A stretch of 64,000 bases of DNA from a virus (Duplodnaviria > Heunggongvirae > Uroviricota > Caudoviricetes), in IMG/VR virus record IMGVR_UViG_3300006919_000037. One strand, written 5' to 3'. This document shows positions 19,570 through 28,559 of this stretch, piece after piece. A program made the position numbers and the translations under genes. Position 1 is the first letter of the stretch, and each line of letters starts with the position of its first letter. Under the pieces are notes generated by a model that worked only from the letters and a program-made list of their open reading frames with translations, was not told the origin of the DNA and searched no databases.

Positions 19570-19958
19570 CAGTCATTTATCCTGTAAAACCTGAACGTAC
19601 CGACTGGATGCTCTACCATGTTGTAGTTTGGCAGCTTCTTCCCCAGCTTCTTAGCAAAATAACCGTAAACCTTATTCTTCCTATTCGTTGAACTGTTGAA
19701 GGCAAAGGTATATGGCTTGTTGATCTTAACCCAATCCAGAATGATATCACCAACCTTGAGAAATATCTTTATTGGATTCCTGAACAGATTTATGTCTGAG
19801 AAGATTGGATCATCCTCAAACAGGAAATGGAAAGGCAAGCTTCCCTTCTCCGTCATACCAGAGATTGGATGGAAATTTACATCTCCAGTGTTTGAGATAT
19901 TAACCTCAAAACCAACACCTTCTATGTCAAACTCTTTTCTCATCTCTACATATTTCAT
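19569..19958 (-). CDS. hypothetical protein
   Basis: 129-aa ORF. Confidence 0.35.
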   Translation of the reverse strand: MKYVEMRKEFDIEGVGFEVNISNTGDVNFHPISGMTEKGSLPFHFLFEDDPIFSDINLFRNPIKIFLKVGDIILDWVKINKPYTFAFNSSTNRKNKVYGYFAKKLGKKLPNYNMVEHPVGTFRFYRIND

Positions 19959-19997
19959 AGCATACTAACAAACCTCTGTCAATGACAATATGGTATT

Positions 19998-20777
19998 TTA
20001 AGCAAATATATCAACCTCTTTCCAGTTTCCAAAATCTTCAAGCTCTTCTATGGCAAACGAAATACCCTCTACGATGACACAACCGTCAGTCAGGCTGTTA
20101 TCTTCGACAATATACCCTTCATACTGTCTGCTTCTATGGCCACCTTTATAGCTTGGCTTGTTGCCATGTTTGAATACGTTTTGTGATTGCATTTGAGTTG
20201 AAACATCAGGACCACCCTTATTACTACGAGTAGCTGTGTAAATTTTATGAGCCACGGCCTTGAATTTCCACAGACGTTTGGTCATGACCTGAAGCTCTGT
20301 TGTGAGACCATCAAACTGCATGTCTATATGTATTCCACCATAATAACCATACACAGGGTCCTTACCGGCTTTTGTTTTCCTGTCAACTTCAACCACCTTC
20401 GAACCTTCTCGACGGGTCAGACGTTTAACAAACTCTTCAGCATCAGATTGATCATCAAACAGCACGGCACCACGGACCAAATCACCAATCTCAGCAGGAT
20501 TTTTACCACGGTTCAGAACTTTATCTTTGAATGATTCCAATGGCTTGATGTTGGTATACACTCTTATGTTGCCAAGTTTTCTTTTTGGGACAGACCCTTT
20601 GATTGCCTTTTTCAGCAAACCTTCAATCTTTTTGAAGAACGGAATCATATCATTGTATGCTTTTTCCAGTTTTGATGGGTCTTTACTACCCTTCAAACTC
20701 TTTAATGCTGGAGATTCAACGGCCTCTTCAAGTTTTCTGAGGAAATTATATGTCTTGAAACTGTGTAGCATTTTCAA
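19998..20777 (-). CDS. RelA/SpoT-like nucleotidyltransferase (small alarmone synthetase-like)
   Basis: segments RVYTNIKPLESFKDK, DLVRGAVLF, YGGIHIDMQF and ELQVMTKRLWKFKAVAHKIY follow the order and character of the RelA/SpoT synthetase motifs (RVK..S...K; DL.G.R.i; GY.S.H; EIQIRT....WAE..H..Y). Confidence 0.5.
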   Translation of the reverse strand: MKMLHSFKTYNFLRKLEEAVESPALKSLKGSKDPSKLEKAYNDMIPFFKKIEGLLKKAIKGSVPKRKLGNIRVYTNIKPLESFKDKVLNRGKNPAEIGDLVRGAVLFDDQSDAEEFVKRLTRREGSKVVEVDRKTKAGKDPVYGYYGGIHIDMQFDGLTTELQVMTKRLWKFKAVAHKIYTATRSNKGGPDVSTQMQSQNVFKHGNKPSYKGGHRSRQYEGYIVEDNSLTDGCVIVEGISFAIEELEDFGNWKEVDIFA

Positions 20778-20814
20778 TTACCCTGAAATATATACGTTTT
20801 ATATATTTAGGGCA

Positions 20815-21240
20815 TCACAACTTCACACCAGTGTTTATGGAAACATCAAACACATTATCCGGCTTTGTGGGTGGTGGATCAAAAACACTATCAGGTGTTG
20901 CTTGCTCTTCGGCAAGTGTACGAAGTTTTTCTGAACTTCTATATAGGTTATCATCCGGTAAATATACCCTGTTAGAATTGATTTCAACTCTCATAGTTAA
21001 TTGCCAAAAAACATCATCACTCTTCTTATTCAACCCAACCTTAAAACTATCACGTTCCGGGAGATTATTGTAACCTGCCCATACTGACACAGCTTCCTTC
21101 AAAAAGGGTTCAAGTGTTTTATGTTTGAACATTTCTTTACTTGAACACATCTTCAGATACTCATACTCTGGTTCAGGTATGATAACATGTGGACCCATCC
21201 CCCTATGGTTGTGTATTTTATCATGCATCAACAACCACAC
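20815..21240 (-). CDS. hypothetical protein
   Basis: 141-aa ORF. Confidence 0.35.
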   Translation of the reverse strand: MWLLMHDKIHNHRGMGPHVIIPEPEYEYLKMCSSKEMFKHKTLEPFLKEAVSVWAGYNNLPERDSFKVGLNKKSDDVFWQLTMRVEINSNRVYLPDDNLYRSSEKLRTLAEEQATPDSVFDPPPTKPDNVFDVSINTGVKL

Positions 21241-21607
21241 TTACCCGTTTTATGATACATGGCTTCTTCAGGCTTAACATGTACGTATGCATATGCTGTG
21301 AGCCTCTGGACACACCATCCCAGAACACCACACCATGGGTTGCATAATCACCCATCAGCTTGTTACGTAATGGTCCAGCCTTGTTGCCGTGCTTATCCCA
21401 ATCCGGGATGAACTCAACTATCTGGATGCTGTGTTTTCTTGCCCATATCTCACCAATCCTGTCGGGACCTTTGGCATGGCCAGACACCAGACACTCAACA
21501 GTATCCGGTTTGATGTTGTTATCAAGCCATTCAACTATTGGATCACTGAATATGGGTAGCATATCATCCAACACTCTGGAACCTGCCACTATCAGTTTCA
21601 TCTTCAT
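21221..21607 (-). CDS. SLOG / DUF2493-like Rossmann-fold protein
   Basis: LIVAGSR ... SGHAKGPDRIGEIWA ... VVFWDGVSRGS pattern resembles YspA/DUF2493 (LOG-like) family. Confidence 0.35.
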   Translation of the reverse strand: MKMKLIVAGSRVLDDMLPIFSDPIVEWLDNNIKPDTVECLVSGHAKGPDRIGEIWARKHSIQIVEFIPDWDKHGNKAGPLRNKLMGDYATHGVVFWDGVSRGSQHMHTYMLSLKKPCIIKRVSVVVDA

Positions 21608-22027
21608 TCAGTTATCCAATCTTGGCATAATGTTCATACCCCTGAATGTGTGAATATTACGAGTCCCATCATCCTCTACCGTACCGATAGCAGACACGAG
21701 ATAGTCAAATTTCAACACCGAATGAAATTTCAGCATGTGTGTCAATATATTACCCTCTGCTGTATCCAGAATCCTAACATCAAAATACACCACATCATCC
21801 TTGAAGGTGACATTCGAATATGCAACAGCAATCCTCTCAAGAGAAAGTGATCCGGAAGCATCATGGACTCCCACCATTCCATATGGATGACTGGAGTCTG
21901 CCCACTGCTTGAGATGCTTAAACACCTGTTCAGGTTTGAATTCCGTATAACCGGGTTTCGGGCACCACTCACCTTTGAGGTATCCATGGGTTACCATATC
22001 TGTTTCACTTTGTCCGTCCACGTCCAT
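21608..22027 (-). CDS. hypothetical protein
   Basis: 139-aa ORF. Confidence 0.35.
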   Translation of the reverse strand: MDVDGQSETDMVTHGYLKGEWCPKPGYTEFKPEQVFKHLKQWADSSHPYGMVGVHDASGSLSLERIAVAYSNVTFKDDVVYFDVRILDTAEGNILTHMLKFHSVLKFDYLVSAIGTVEDDGTRNIHTFRGMNIMPRLDN

Positions 22028-22212
22028 TTTAGCTTCTCCATTTCCAATGATTCATCTTGGGTTAACATACCCAGTGCAAGCATACAATCCTTTATGGCAG
22101 CTTCCCGGCAAGCACAGTAGGCTGTTTCAATATCTGTCTTACGAGACTGTCTATAATGAAGTCTCCACTCTCTGGTCTTTATAAACAGGTCCAGAAGAGT
22201 TTGCTTGTCCAT
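21991..22212 (-). CDS. small hypothetical protein
   Basis: 73-aa ORF. Confidence 0.3.
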   Translation of the reverse strand: MDKQTLLDLFIKTREWRLHYRQSRKTDIETAYCACREAAIKDCMLALGMLTQDESLEMEKLKWTWTDKVKQIW

Positions 22213-22733
22213 CAGAATTTTCCCTTCATAACCTCTTCAATCGGCACCGGCATGTAGTTTGTCCTCTCCACACACACGTTGATATGAAACGGACTTGGAG
22301 ATTCCTTCTCATGGATGTGACCATGGACATTATATTCCACCTTCCGGAACGATTCCTCACGAAGTGGGATGTGTGAGCACACACAGTTGAACTCTTTGAA
22401 AATTCTCCAGAGCATGATCTTCCCAAAAATATCATGGAGATTAGGATCAAGGGCATCATCATGGTTACCCAGAATGAGTCTCTTCTTGAATGGGAGTGCT
22501 TTGAAGTGACCCAGAGCTTTCTGGGCACGAATCTTGGAGAAGTACACATCCCCAAGGTGATAGAGGATATCACCGGTTTTCACATTGTCATTGAGATTGT
22601 CCATGATCTTTTCGTTCATGTGATCCAGATGATCGAACCCTGTACGGATTTTCACACCGGATTCATCTTCGAAGTTCAGGACATTTTCATGACCAAGATG
22701 TGTGTCACTTATCAACCATATCTGACGTGTCAT
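22212..22733 (-). CDS. calcineurin-like metallophosphoesterase
   Basis: ISDTHLGH, GDVYF, GNHDD and VHGHIH motifs. Confidence 0.7.
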   Translation of the reverse strand: MTRQIWLISDTHLGHENVLNFEDESGVKIRTGFDHLDHMNEKIMDNLNDNVKTGDILYHLGDVYFSKIRAQKALGHFKALPFKKRLILGNHDDALDPNLHDIFGKIMLWRIFKEFNCVCSHIPLREESFRKVEYNVHGHIHEKESPSPFHINVCVERTNYMPVPIEEVMKGKF

Positions 22734-22771
22734 TATATTTCATTTCCATCTTAGAGTTTCGATCAACATCT

Positions 22772-23050
22772 TTATACACAAATAAACCAAGCAAACAGCA
22801 GAAGAAAAGCAACAGTAGTAATGATTGGACTTATATGGTGTGAATGATTTTGGTAAAAAGTCTTCGGCTCCCAATGCCAGTGATCACACAACTTAACAGC
22901 TTCACCCACTGTTCGTTCTATATGTTTGGTTCCATACACCTTATCATAGGTTATTCTCTTGGTTCGGTAATTAGTACATATTGGGTCATAATAAGTGGGT
23001 TTGAAATATTTACAAGTCACACATACTTTTTCAATTTCATCCGTCATCAC
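22772..23050 (-). CDS. small Cys-rich protein with C-terminal membrane anchor
   Basis: CVTCKYF ... PICTNY ... CDHWHW then hydrophobic tail. Confidence 0.35.
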   Translation of the reverse strand: MMTDEIEKVCVTCKYFKPTYYDPICTNYRTKRITYDKVYGTKHIERTVGEAVKLCDHWHWEPKTFYQNHSHHISPIITTVAFLLLFAWFICV

Positions 23051-23068
23051 TTAATCATCCTATAAAAA

Positions 23069-23145
23069 TGGTGCCCGTGGTTGGACTTGAACCAACACTG
23101 AACAGGGTTTGAATCTGTTGCCTCTGCCAATTGGGCTACACGGGC
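23069..23145 (-). tRNA. tRNA, class I scaffold with Leu-type anticodon CAA (A-C mismatch closing the anticodon loop)
   Basis: hand-folded: 7-bp acceptor GCCCGTG/CACGGGC, D-arm, T-arm GTTGG-TTCAAGT-CCAAC, discriminator A, encoded CCA; paralog of 33541..33616 and 45233..45308. Confidence 0.7.
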
Positions 23146-23151
23146 ATTTCA

Positions 23152-23739
23152 CTATTTTATGCTCTTGCCAACTTCACCTAACAATGCTTTCGTATGCCAA
23201 GCACCACCAATTTCTCTCTGATATAGACGGCCTCTCAACTCAGGGTGCCGTTTATACTCTTCATCATCCTTTGGTGCTGGCCGGATAGGATCATCAAGTA
23301 TTTTTTGTGCATCCTTATATGACATGACAGTAGCATCAAATACGTCCGGACTGAGGTTTTTCTTAATAAAACCTAATGCTGCACCAGATTTTTCTGAATA
23401 TGATCTACCTTGCATCACATCATCTCTCATCATACGAGCCAAACTGACCTTGCCTGCTGGTGTGCCGTTGGTAGCTACTGCAACACTTTTACGGCCACCT
23501 TTATCCTTGTACATAATAACGGCTAGAATTTTGTTGTCTTTGACTTCAAATTTCCAGAAAGGAATATTTTTAATCATATCTTCACGACTTTTGAAGCCGT
23601 TGCCGTGTATACCACCAATCTTGGCATATGCCTTTTGTAACAGATCATAAATCTGATCGGCATATTCCTCTTTTCTCTTATCTTTGGCTATCAGATTAAC
23701 ATAACGTTCTGTTATAAGATGTTCTTTGAATGTTTTCAT
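23152..23739 (-). CDS. hypothetical protein
   Basis: 195-aa ORF. Confidence 0.4.
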   Translation of the reverse strand: MKTFKEHLITERYVNLIAKDKRKEEYADQIYDLLQKAYAKIGGIHGNGFKSREDMIKNIPFWKFEVKDNKILAVIMYKDKGGRKSVAVATNGTPAGKVSLARMMRDDVMQGRSYSEKSGAALGFIKKNLSPDVFDATVMSYKDAQKILDDPIRPAPKDDEEYKRHPELRGRLYQREIGGAWHTKALLGEVGKSIK

Positions 23740-24305
23740 AGCACTATCGTGTTCTCTATTTCTTTGATTTTATTGATTACTGCTTCAACATCATTAAAAC
23801 GGTGTGAACCACCTTCCAACACAACAACTTCACATGCATCCTTATATTTAGCAACTGCAAGACTGTAATCCAATTCCTCATCACCCTTCTCGACCATCAC
23901 ACAGCTTGGATACTCGACTGGTTTAGATAGTGCATCGGATAGCTGATCTTCCAACGGTTTCCACTTCATTGCTTTTTCATCCGTCCAACCGGGAACAAAC
24001 GTCTTGAACACAGGACGTTGCAATGTGATGCTAGGTTGTGTCGAAGGATTTAATGCAACAAAACTCAGTCCATGTCTACGACCCATAATAGTGGCAAGAG
24101 TACCACCCATACTTGTTCCAACGAGTATGGGTTCAACTTCATATGTATAGATATAATCCAGTATGAAAGTCTCTAAGGCTCTCATTACCTTATCGTATTC
24201 AACACCCAGAGTAGGGGTTGCTACATTGAAATGATCCTTCAATATGGCAACTTTCTTTGACTTTGGGCTGGAACCGAATCCATGTATGTAAATAATATCT
24301 GTCAT
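23736..24305 (-). CDS. alpha/beta-hydrolase esterase (YqiA/UPF0227-like)
   Basis: IYIHGFGSS and nucleophile elbow GTSMGG (G-x-S-x-G). Confidence 0.6.
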   Translation of the reverse strand: MTDIIYIHGFGSSPKSKKVAILKDHFNVATPTLGVEYDKVMRALETFILDYIYTYEVEPILVGTSMGGTLATIMGRRHGLSFVALNPSTQPSITLQRPVFKTFVPGWTDEKAMKWKPLEDQLSDALSKPVEYPSCVMVEKGDEELDYSLAVAKYKDACEVVVLEGGSHRFNDVEAVINKIKEIENTIVL

Positions 24306-24546
24306 CTACTCACCTGTATCACAAAAAATGGTTGGAGTCAAATGATTTTCACTCAACTCCAAACTGTGCATAATCATCCGTCAACAAGGGACTTAGGGCT
24401 TTCCATATATTATTACTCACATCTCTTGTTGCTTCATCACTCGTATCTCCAATCAATGTCTTGAGAGCCAGACACACAGTTGCAAGCTCATGTGGTTCGA
24501 AACACACCCACTCATTTTTCTTCAATAGCAACATCTCACATATCCT

Positions 24547-25065
24547 CTAGTAAGGCCCTTGAGGGGCCATTTCTTCTCTGATGGTAAAGACTACCGTCGA
24601 GTTGTCTTTGAACGTCACAGCAGCCCTACAGCCCGATACAGCACCCTTTGGTATAGAAAGTCTCTGTACAGTTTCATCAATACCCACATAAAAAAATTCT
24701 GTGAATGTATGCATGATGACTCCACCTTCTTCAAGAAACACACCCGGCACATATAGTGTCACATCACCATCTGGTTTACCTTCTGTGACCCTGTAAATTT
24801 TATTGTCTGTTCCCGGCTGGGTACGTTCACCAGCCTTGGCTTTTGGTTTCAATCTTTGATATTCTTCCTGCACCAGTCTGAAATTCTCAGAAGTTCCACC
24901 CTGATCCGGATGATGAACCTTACAAAGTCTCCTGTACTCTGTTTTCAATTCCGTCTTGGTGAAGTTTGATTGGAGATTCCATTTCATCTTCTTGTCATCC
25001 TTAACCAAGCACAAACCTCTGACTTCGATCCACTGAATATGGGGTCCTTGCTTGTGTGCAACCAT
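24547..25065 (-). CDS. J-domain (DnaJ-like) protein
   Basis: EYRRLCKVHHPDQGGTSENFRLVQEEYQRL contains the HPD tripeptide in J-domain context; true start may be an internal Met. Confidence 0.45.
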   Translation of the reverse strand: MVAHKQGPHIQWIEVRGLCLVKDDKKMKWNLQSNFTKTELKTEYRRLCKVHHPDQGGTSENFRLVQEEYQRLKPKAKAGERTQPGTDNKIYRVTEGKPDGDVTLYVPGVFLEEGGVIMHTFTEFFYVGIDETVQRLSIPKGAVSGCRAAVTFKDNSTVVFTIREEMAPQGPY

Positions 25066-25235
25066 TCCACAATAAACATATCAACATCCGGATCAAGCTG
25101 AACGATCCTTAAGGGTCCTATGCAATCATTGTGTGAAAAACACATAATAACCGTACAGACCACCGATAACAACCAAGAGTTGAAATGGTGTGAATGGTAT
25201 ATATTTTTTATAGAATTTCATCATATTATCCAGAA

Positions 25236-25309
25236 TGGCTCCCCCGGCTGGATTCGAACCAACATCTATAGAGTCAAAGGCTATTATCCTACCATTAGAC
25301 GACAAGGGA
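25236..25309 (-). tRNA. tRNA-Gln (anticodon UUG), C-T mismatch at loop-closing pair
   Basis: hand-folded cloverleaf, T-loop TTCGAAT, CCA encoded; close paralog of 25580..25653. Confidence 0.65.
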
Positions 25310-25576
25310 ATTGTTCAGTTCTTCCATTATATCAAACTCAACCATGTAATAATCAAGACCATAAACCTCACCAACCATATCAAGCTCTTTGTCTTCTGAC
25401 AATTCTTCAATCAGTGCAGCCCGATCTATCTCAGACGGTTTGGTGGAATATCCACAAATATGCATGACCTGTATTTGCTCATTGTTCAGTTTTCTCACAC
25501 ATACAAGTGCATGGAAAAAGCCACGGTCTTTCAGGCTGTGAAAACTCTCTGTTAGATAGTCCATAATCAATTCCAT
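25295..25576 (-). CDS. hypothetical acidic protein between the two tRNA-Gln genes
   Basis: 93-aa ORF; 3-prime end overlaps tRNA by 15 nt. Confidence 0.3.
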   Translation of the reverse strand: MELIMDYLTESFHSLKDRGFFHALVCVRKLNNEQIQVMHICGYSTKPSEIDRAALIEELSEDKELDMVGEVYGLDYYMVEFDIMEELNNSLVV

Positions 25577-25579
25577 GTT

Positions 25580-25653
25580 TGGATCACCCGATAGGATTCG
25601 AACCTATATCTTTTGATTCAGAGTCAAAGATGCTACCGTTGCACCACAGGTGA
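25580..25653 (-). tRNA. tRNA-Gln (anticodon CUG)
   Basis: clean cloverleaf: acceptor TCACCTG/CGGGTGA, anticodon stem TTTGA/TCAAA, loop CTCTGAA, T-arm ATAGG-TTCGAAT-CCTAT, CCA encoded. Confidence 0.8.
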
Positions 25654-25724
25654 ATAATATAATTGGTGCAATCTGTTTAGGACTGCACCAACATTATTTA
25701 GTGTCACCTCTAGGGTTTATCAAC

Positions 25725-26216
25725 CTATGCAACAACTTTCTCAGAAAACCGGGCTTCAAGGTCCAGCAACCGTTCACTCTTGGCTTCCGGCTCACCGGTC
25801 AGGATGTATGGCTTTTCCCAATTTCCCACATTTATGTAGGCATACCAACCCACATCAAAATAATCGGTCATGCTGTCTGAGTTGTCGTGGTTACCTTCCA
25901 TCATGGCTGCAAGCAGTTCTTCCATGAAGTTCAGGACCTCACCCGAATAGTTCTCATTGAGGTGGTAATGAACCCCCTGATGATAAGTATCGGGGTTGGT
26001 GATCCACCGGTTCCGGTGATGATCATCCCAAGAATGTCCCCGGTTAGCAAGGGTGTTCCGGTAGTTACCGATAACATCCAGATCACCGGACTTGATATTC
26101 ACATGCAAGACGGAATGATGTTCAATCCGAATTGAACCCTTCATGTTGTACTTCTTGAGTACGGCTTTGATATTGGGGGCAAGCTCTTTCTTTTTGTCTT
26201 GGCTAATATAGGCCAT
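25725..26216 (-). CDS. hypothetical protein (start trimmed to MAYISQ, downstream of promoter)
   Basis: ORF-track start (26252) lies inside the promoter element. Confidence 0.4.
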   Translation of the reverse strand: MAYISQDKKKELAPNIKAVLKKYNMKGSIRIEHHSVLHVNIKSGDLDVIGNYRNTLANRGHSWDDHHRNRWITNPDTYHQGVHYHLNENYSGEVLNFMEELLAAMMEGNHDNSDSMTDYFDVGWYAYINVGNWEKPYILTGEPEAKSERLLDLEARFSEKVVA

Positions 26217-26249
26217 GTCTGATTTCCTTTTCTCTGTTTTCTCTCTACA

Positions 26250-26290
26250 CATACATAATGCCAGAAGGGCTGACCGGAGTCAACCCTTTT
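26250..26290 (-). promoter_or_regulatory. sigma70-like early promoter with -35 TTGACT inside hairpin GGGTTGAC-uccg-GUCAGCCC
   Basis: minus strand gggTTGACTccggtcagcccttctggcATTATGtatg, 38 nt upstream of ATG 26216. Confidence 0.55.
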
Positions 26291-26291
26291 T

Positions 26292-26456
26292 TTACCGACT
26301 GTCGAAGGTAAAATAACGATTATATATGAACCGGGCTTCACGTTCAAATGCTTCCTGACTTGCTTCGGAGAAATCAAGGACCATCCTCTCGAAAACCTTA
26401 CGGGCAACCATTTCATTGACGTTGAGAATTTTTGCAATTTGCTTGATGTAGTACAT
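26292..26456 (-). CDS. small hypothetical protein (start trimmed to MYYIKQ)
   Basis: ORF-track start 26510 lies within the promoter. Confidence 0.3.
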   Translation of the reverse strand: MYYIKQIAKILNVNEMVARKVFERMVLDFSEASQEAFEREARFIYNRYFTFDSR

Positions 26457-26477
26457 GGAGTTCCTTTCTCTATACAC

Positions 26478-26516
26478 ATACATAATGCCAGAAGGGCTGA
26501 CCGGAGTCAACCCTTT
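26478..26516 (-). promoter_or_regulatory. sigma70-like early promoter, hairpin-embedded -35 (copy 2 of family a)
   Basis: near-identical to 26250-26290: cataatgccagaagggctgaccggagtcaaccc. Confidence 0.55.
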
Positions 26517-26520
26517 TCTT

Positions 26521-27201
26521 TCATGCTACCTTACGGGCATTTTGCTTTTCAGTGTATGAGACATGATCAGCATACCGTTCCCGGATGTTCTCTTCCATGT
26601 AGTCTGCATGGTCCTTGACCGTCTGCTCAACCGTGGAGTAATCGATTTCACTCTCCCAGTCCAGCTTGTCAACATTCCGACCCCACACCCAAGCTACGTC
26701 TGCATAGGTCTCGAAAGTCCGACCATTCTTTTCAATGGTCTTTTTCTCAGGAGAGAGGGCAATCCCGTACTTTGGTTCAGTTCTTGAGTTGTAGTACCCT
26801 GAACCGTAGGTCCCATCACCAATCCAGAAGACCACACCAATTGCACCCTTGGAAGTCCGACCCCGTGCAACCTCAACCCGGTCACCCTTCCGGATTTCCT
26901 TGGCAGAGGTTTCGATCTTCCACCGGACATCAGCAGTCTTGTCTTCCGTGATCTTGTTCCGGTAGATGGTGATTGCATCCTCATCCAGATCAGCAACACA
27001 GGCTTTATAGTCGTAGTCGGCATACTCAGAACCCATGTCCCAAGTCACCAACTGGACCTTGTTGATGTGTCCAGAGTCTGTTACAACTTCGGCAACCATT
27101 CCACTACCCCAAATGTCTGACATAATCTGAGGGGAATTACCATAAATGGTCACTACCCGACCAACGAACTCCAAAGTTCCGTCTTTTTTCACGAGAGCCA
27201 T
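26521..27201 (-). CDS. hypothetical protein
   Basis: 226-aa ORF with promoter 34-38 nt upstream. Confidence 0.45.
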   Translation of the reverse strand: MALVKKDGTLEFVGRVVTIYGNSPQIMSDIWGSGMVAEVVTDSGHINKVQLVTWDMGSEYADYDYKACVADLDEDAITIYRNKITEDKTADVRWKIETSAKEIRKGDRVEVARGRTSKGAIGVVFWIGDGTYGSGYYNSRTEPKYGIALSPEKKTIEKNGRTFETYADVAWVWGRNVDKLDWESEIDYSTVEQTVKDHADYMEENIRERYADHVSYTEKQNARKVA

Positions 27202-27234
27202 ATCAAATTTTCCTTTCTTTCTCAGTTCCTATGG

Positions 27235-27270
27235 CTAGATAATAGCACACAGGAGACTGGAGTCAAGGAC
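27235..27270 (-). promoter_or_regulatory. sigma70-like early promoter (TTGACT-N16-TATTAT)
   Basis: minus strand ccTTGACTccagtctcctgtgtgcTATTATctagcc. Confidence 0.55.
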
Positions 27271-27628
27271 TATTTTTGGCTTCTTGGAATGTCATCTCAT
27301 CTATCAGAGTTAATGAACCAGAGGTTTCGATCCATGCACGGGCACCACATTTCAACTGGGTCCCATCATATACCAACCTTGTGAAACCATCTATCTCAAT
27401 CTCACGGGCATACCTGACCTTGATATTGGATGGGGAGATGTGCTCCTTGATGGTGTACACTGGACGGTTTCCACCATCCTTGGCATTCTTGGCAATGTGT
27501 TGCCGGTTCACGTGGATGATGTATCTGTGTTTAATGGGTTTGGTGGGGTCTGCTGTTTTCTTGAACTTATCCCAATATGTTGTGTTACCATCGAAACTCA
27601 TTGGGTGCTCTGGTCTATTGTGAGACAT
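27263..27628 (-). CDS. hypothetical protein
   Basis: 121-aa ORF. Confidence 0.4.
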   Translation of the reverse strand: MSHNRPEHPMSFDGNTTYWDKFKKTADPTKPIKHRYIIHVNRQHIAKNAKDGGNRPVYTIKEHISPSNIKVRYAREIEIDGFTRLVYDGTQLKCGARAWIETSGSLTLIDEMTFQEAKNSP

Positions 27629-27648
27629 CTTTCAACTCCACTGTAAAA

Positions 27649-27804
27649 TCAAACTTCATAAGACAGTCTTTCATAATCAAGGACATAATCCGTGAGAACG
27701 GCTCTGGCAAGCTCTTCTGGTGAGACACCCTGATGTTTTGCAATCACCAACAGCTTGATGTATATATCCTGACCCAATGGTACTGGTAGGTCACTGTTAA
27801 TCAC
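27649..27804 (-). CDS. small ribbon-helix-helix-like protein (GTG start; below ORF-track size cut-off)
   Basis: manual translation VINSDLPVPLGQDIYIKLLVIAKHQGVSPEELARAVLTDYVLDYERLSYEV; beta-strand plus HQGVSPEELARAVL helix pattern typical of CopG/Arc-type RHH. Confidence 0.3.
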   Translation of the reverse strand: MINSDLPVPLGQDIYIKLLVIAKHQGVSPEELARAVLTDYVLDYERLSYEV

Positions 27805-27809
27805 CTTTT

Positions 27810-28055
27810 TCACAGCTTATACCCCTCACCAAGATATTCCTTCACCTTGTTTTCCTCAACGAACTCATTCCATTCTGATTCGGTTGTGAAAAACTCAAGT
27901 GTTTTGATGAAATAATAGACAAATTCACGGGACTCTGCATCATCTTCATCACTAAAATGACCAAGAAGAGATATGGATGATGTTATAGTTGACATGAGAT
28001 TATCACGTGTCACCTCATCGGCTTGGTCTGGTGTTAGGAAAACTTCAAATTTCAT
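27810..28055 (-). CDS. hypothetical acidic protein (start trimmed to MKFEVFLTP)
   Basis: ORF-track N-terminal extension to 28172 reads through two tRNA genes and is rejected. Confidence 0.35.
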   Translation of the reverse strand: MKFEVFLTPDQADEVTRDNLMSTITSSISLLGHFSDEDDAESREFVYYFIKTLEFFTTESEWNEFVEENKVKEYLGEGYKL

Positions 28056-28081
28056 TGATTTCACCTGATCATTATAATGAT

Positions 28082-28157
28082 TGGAGTTGCCGGTCGGAAT
28101 CGAACCGACATATCCCTGCTTTGCAGACAGGCCCGTAACCATTCCGGGCACGGCAAC
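28082..28157 (-). tRNA. tRNA-Cys (anticodon GCA)
   Basis: acceptor GTTGCCG/CGGCAAC, anticodon stem CCTGT/GCAGG, loop CTGCAAA, T-arm GTCGG-TTCGATT-CCGAC, CCA encoded. Confidence 0.75.
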
Positions 28158-28162
28158 GTTAT

Positions 28163-28239
28163 TGGTGATCACGGAAGGATTCGAACCCTCAACCTAAAAG
28201 GTAGAAGCTTTTTGCTCTGTCCAGTTGAGCTACGTGACC
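28163..28239 (-). tRNA. tRNA-Arg (anticodon UCU)
   Basis: perfect anticodon stem AAAAG/CTTTT, loop CTTCTAC, T-loop TTCGAAT, CCA encoded. Confidence 0.8.
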
Positions 28240-28416
28240 GTTATTGTTTTACCGTGGGCACACACAGAGGTGTGGACCACACTTATCCGTATGATAAGAA
28301 ACAGCAGAGAATGACCGAAACGTCCCATCCTTGGACTTGGTTGCATTCTTCTTGGCTTCCAGCTTCTGCTTCTTGGTCCGGTACGGCTTCATATTCTTCA
28401 TTGATACTTGTTCACC

Positions 28417-28440
28417 CATAACTCATACTTTCATGTTTGT
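28417..28440 (-). promoter_or_regulatory. conserved 24-nt motif ACAAACATGA(R)AGTATGAGTTATG between a tRNA 3-prime end and the next ATG (copy 1)
   Basis: identical except one base to 33518-33541; both abut a tRNA CCA end and finish at a start codon. Confidence 0.4.
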
Positions 28441-28514
28441 GGTGCCAGTGAGAGGAATCGAACCCCTAATCTTCACGTTACAAAGGTGTTGCCTTACCAT
28501 TCGGCCACACTGGC
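28440..28514 (-). tRNA. tRNA, probable anticodon UGU (Thr), with only a 3-bp anticodon stem core
   Basis: perfect 7-bp acceptor GCCAGTG/CACTGGC, T-arm, CCA; anticodon arm ACACC-TTTGTAA-CGTGA has A-A and C-C mismatches. Confidence 0.6.
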
Positions 28515-28559
28515 ATTGTTTCTATTTATTTAGTGACACAACATATATACCACTATTGC

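Noticed and set aside
27810-28172. N-terminal 39 aa of ORF-track ORF 27810..28172
   Set aside because: The extension is a translation through tRNA-Cys and tRNA-Arg on the same strand. The gene is trimmed to the Met at 28055.
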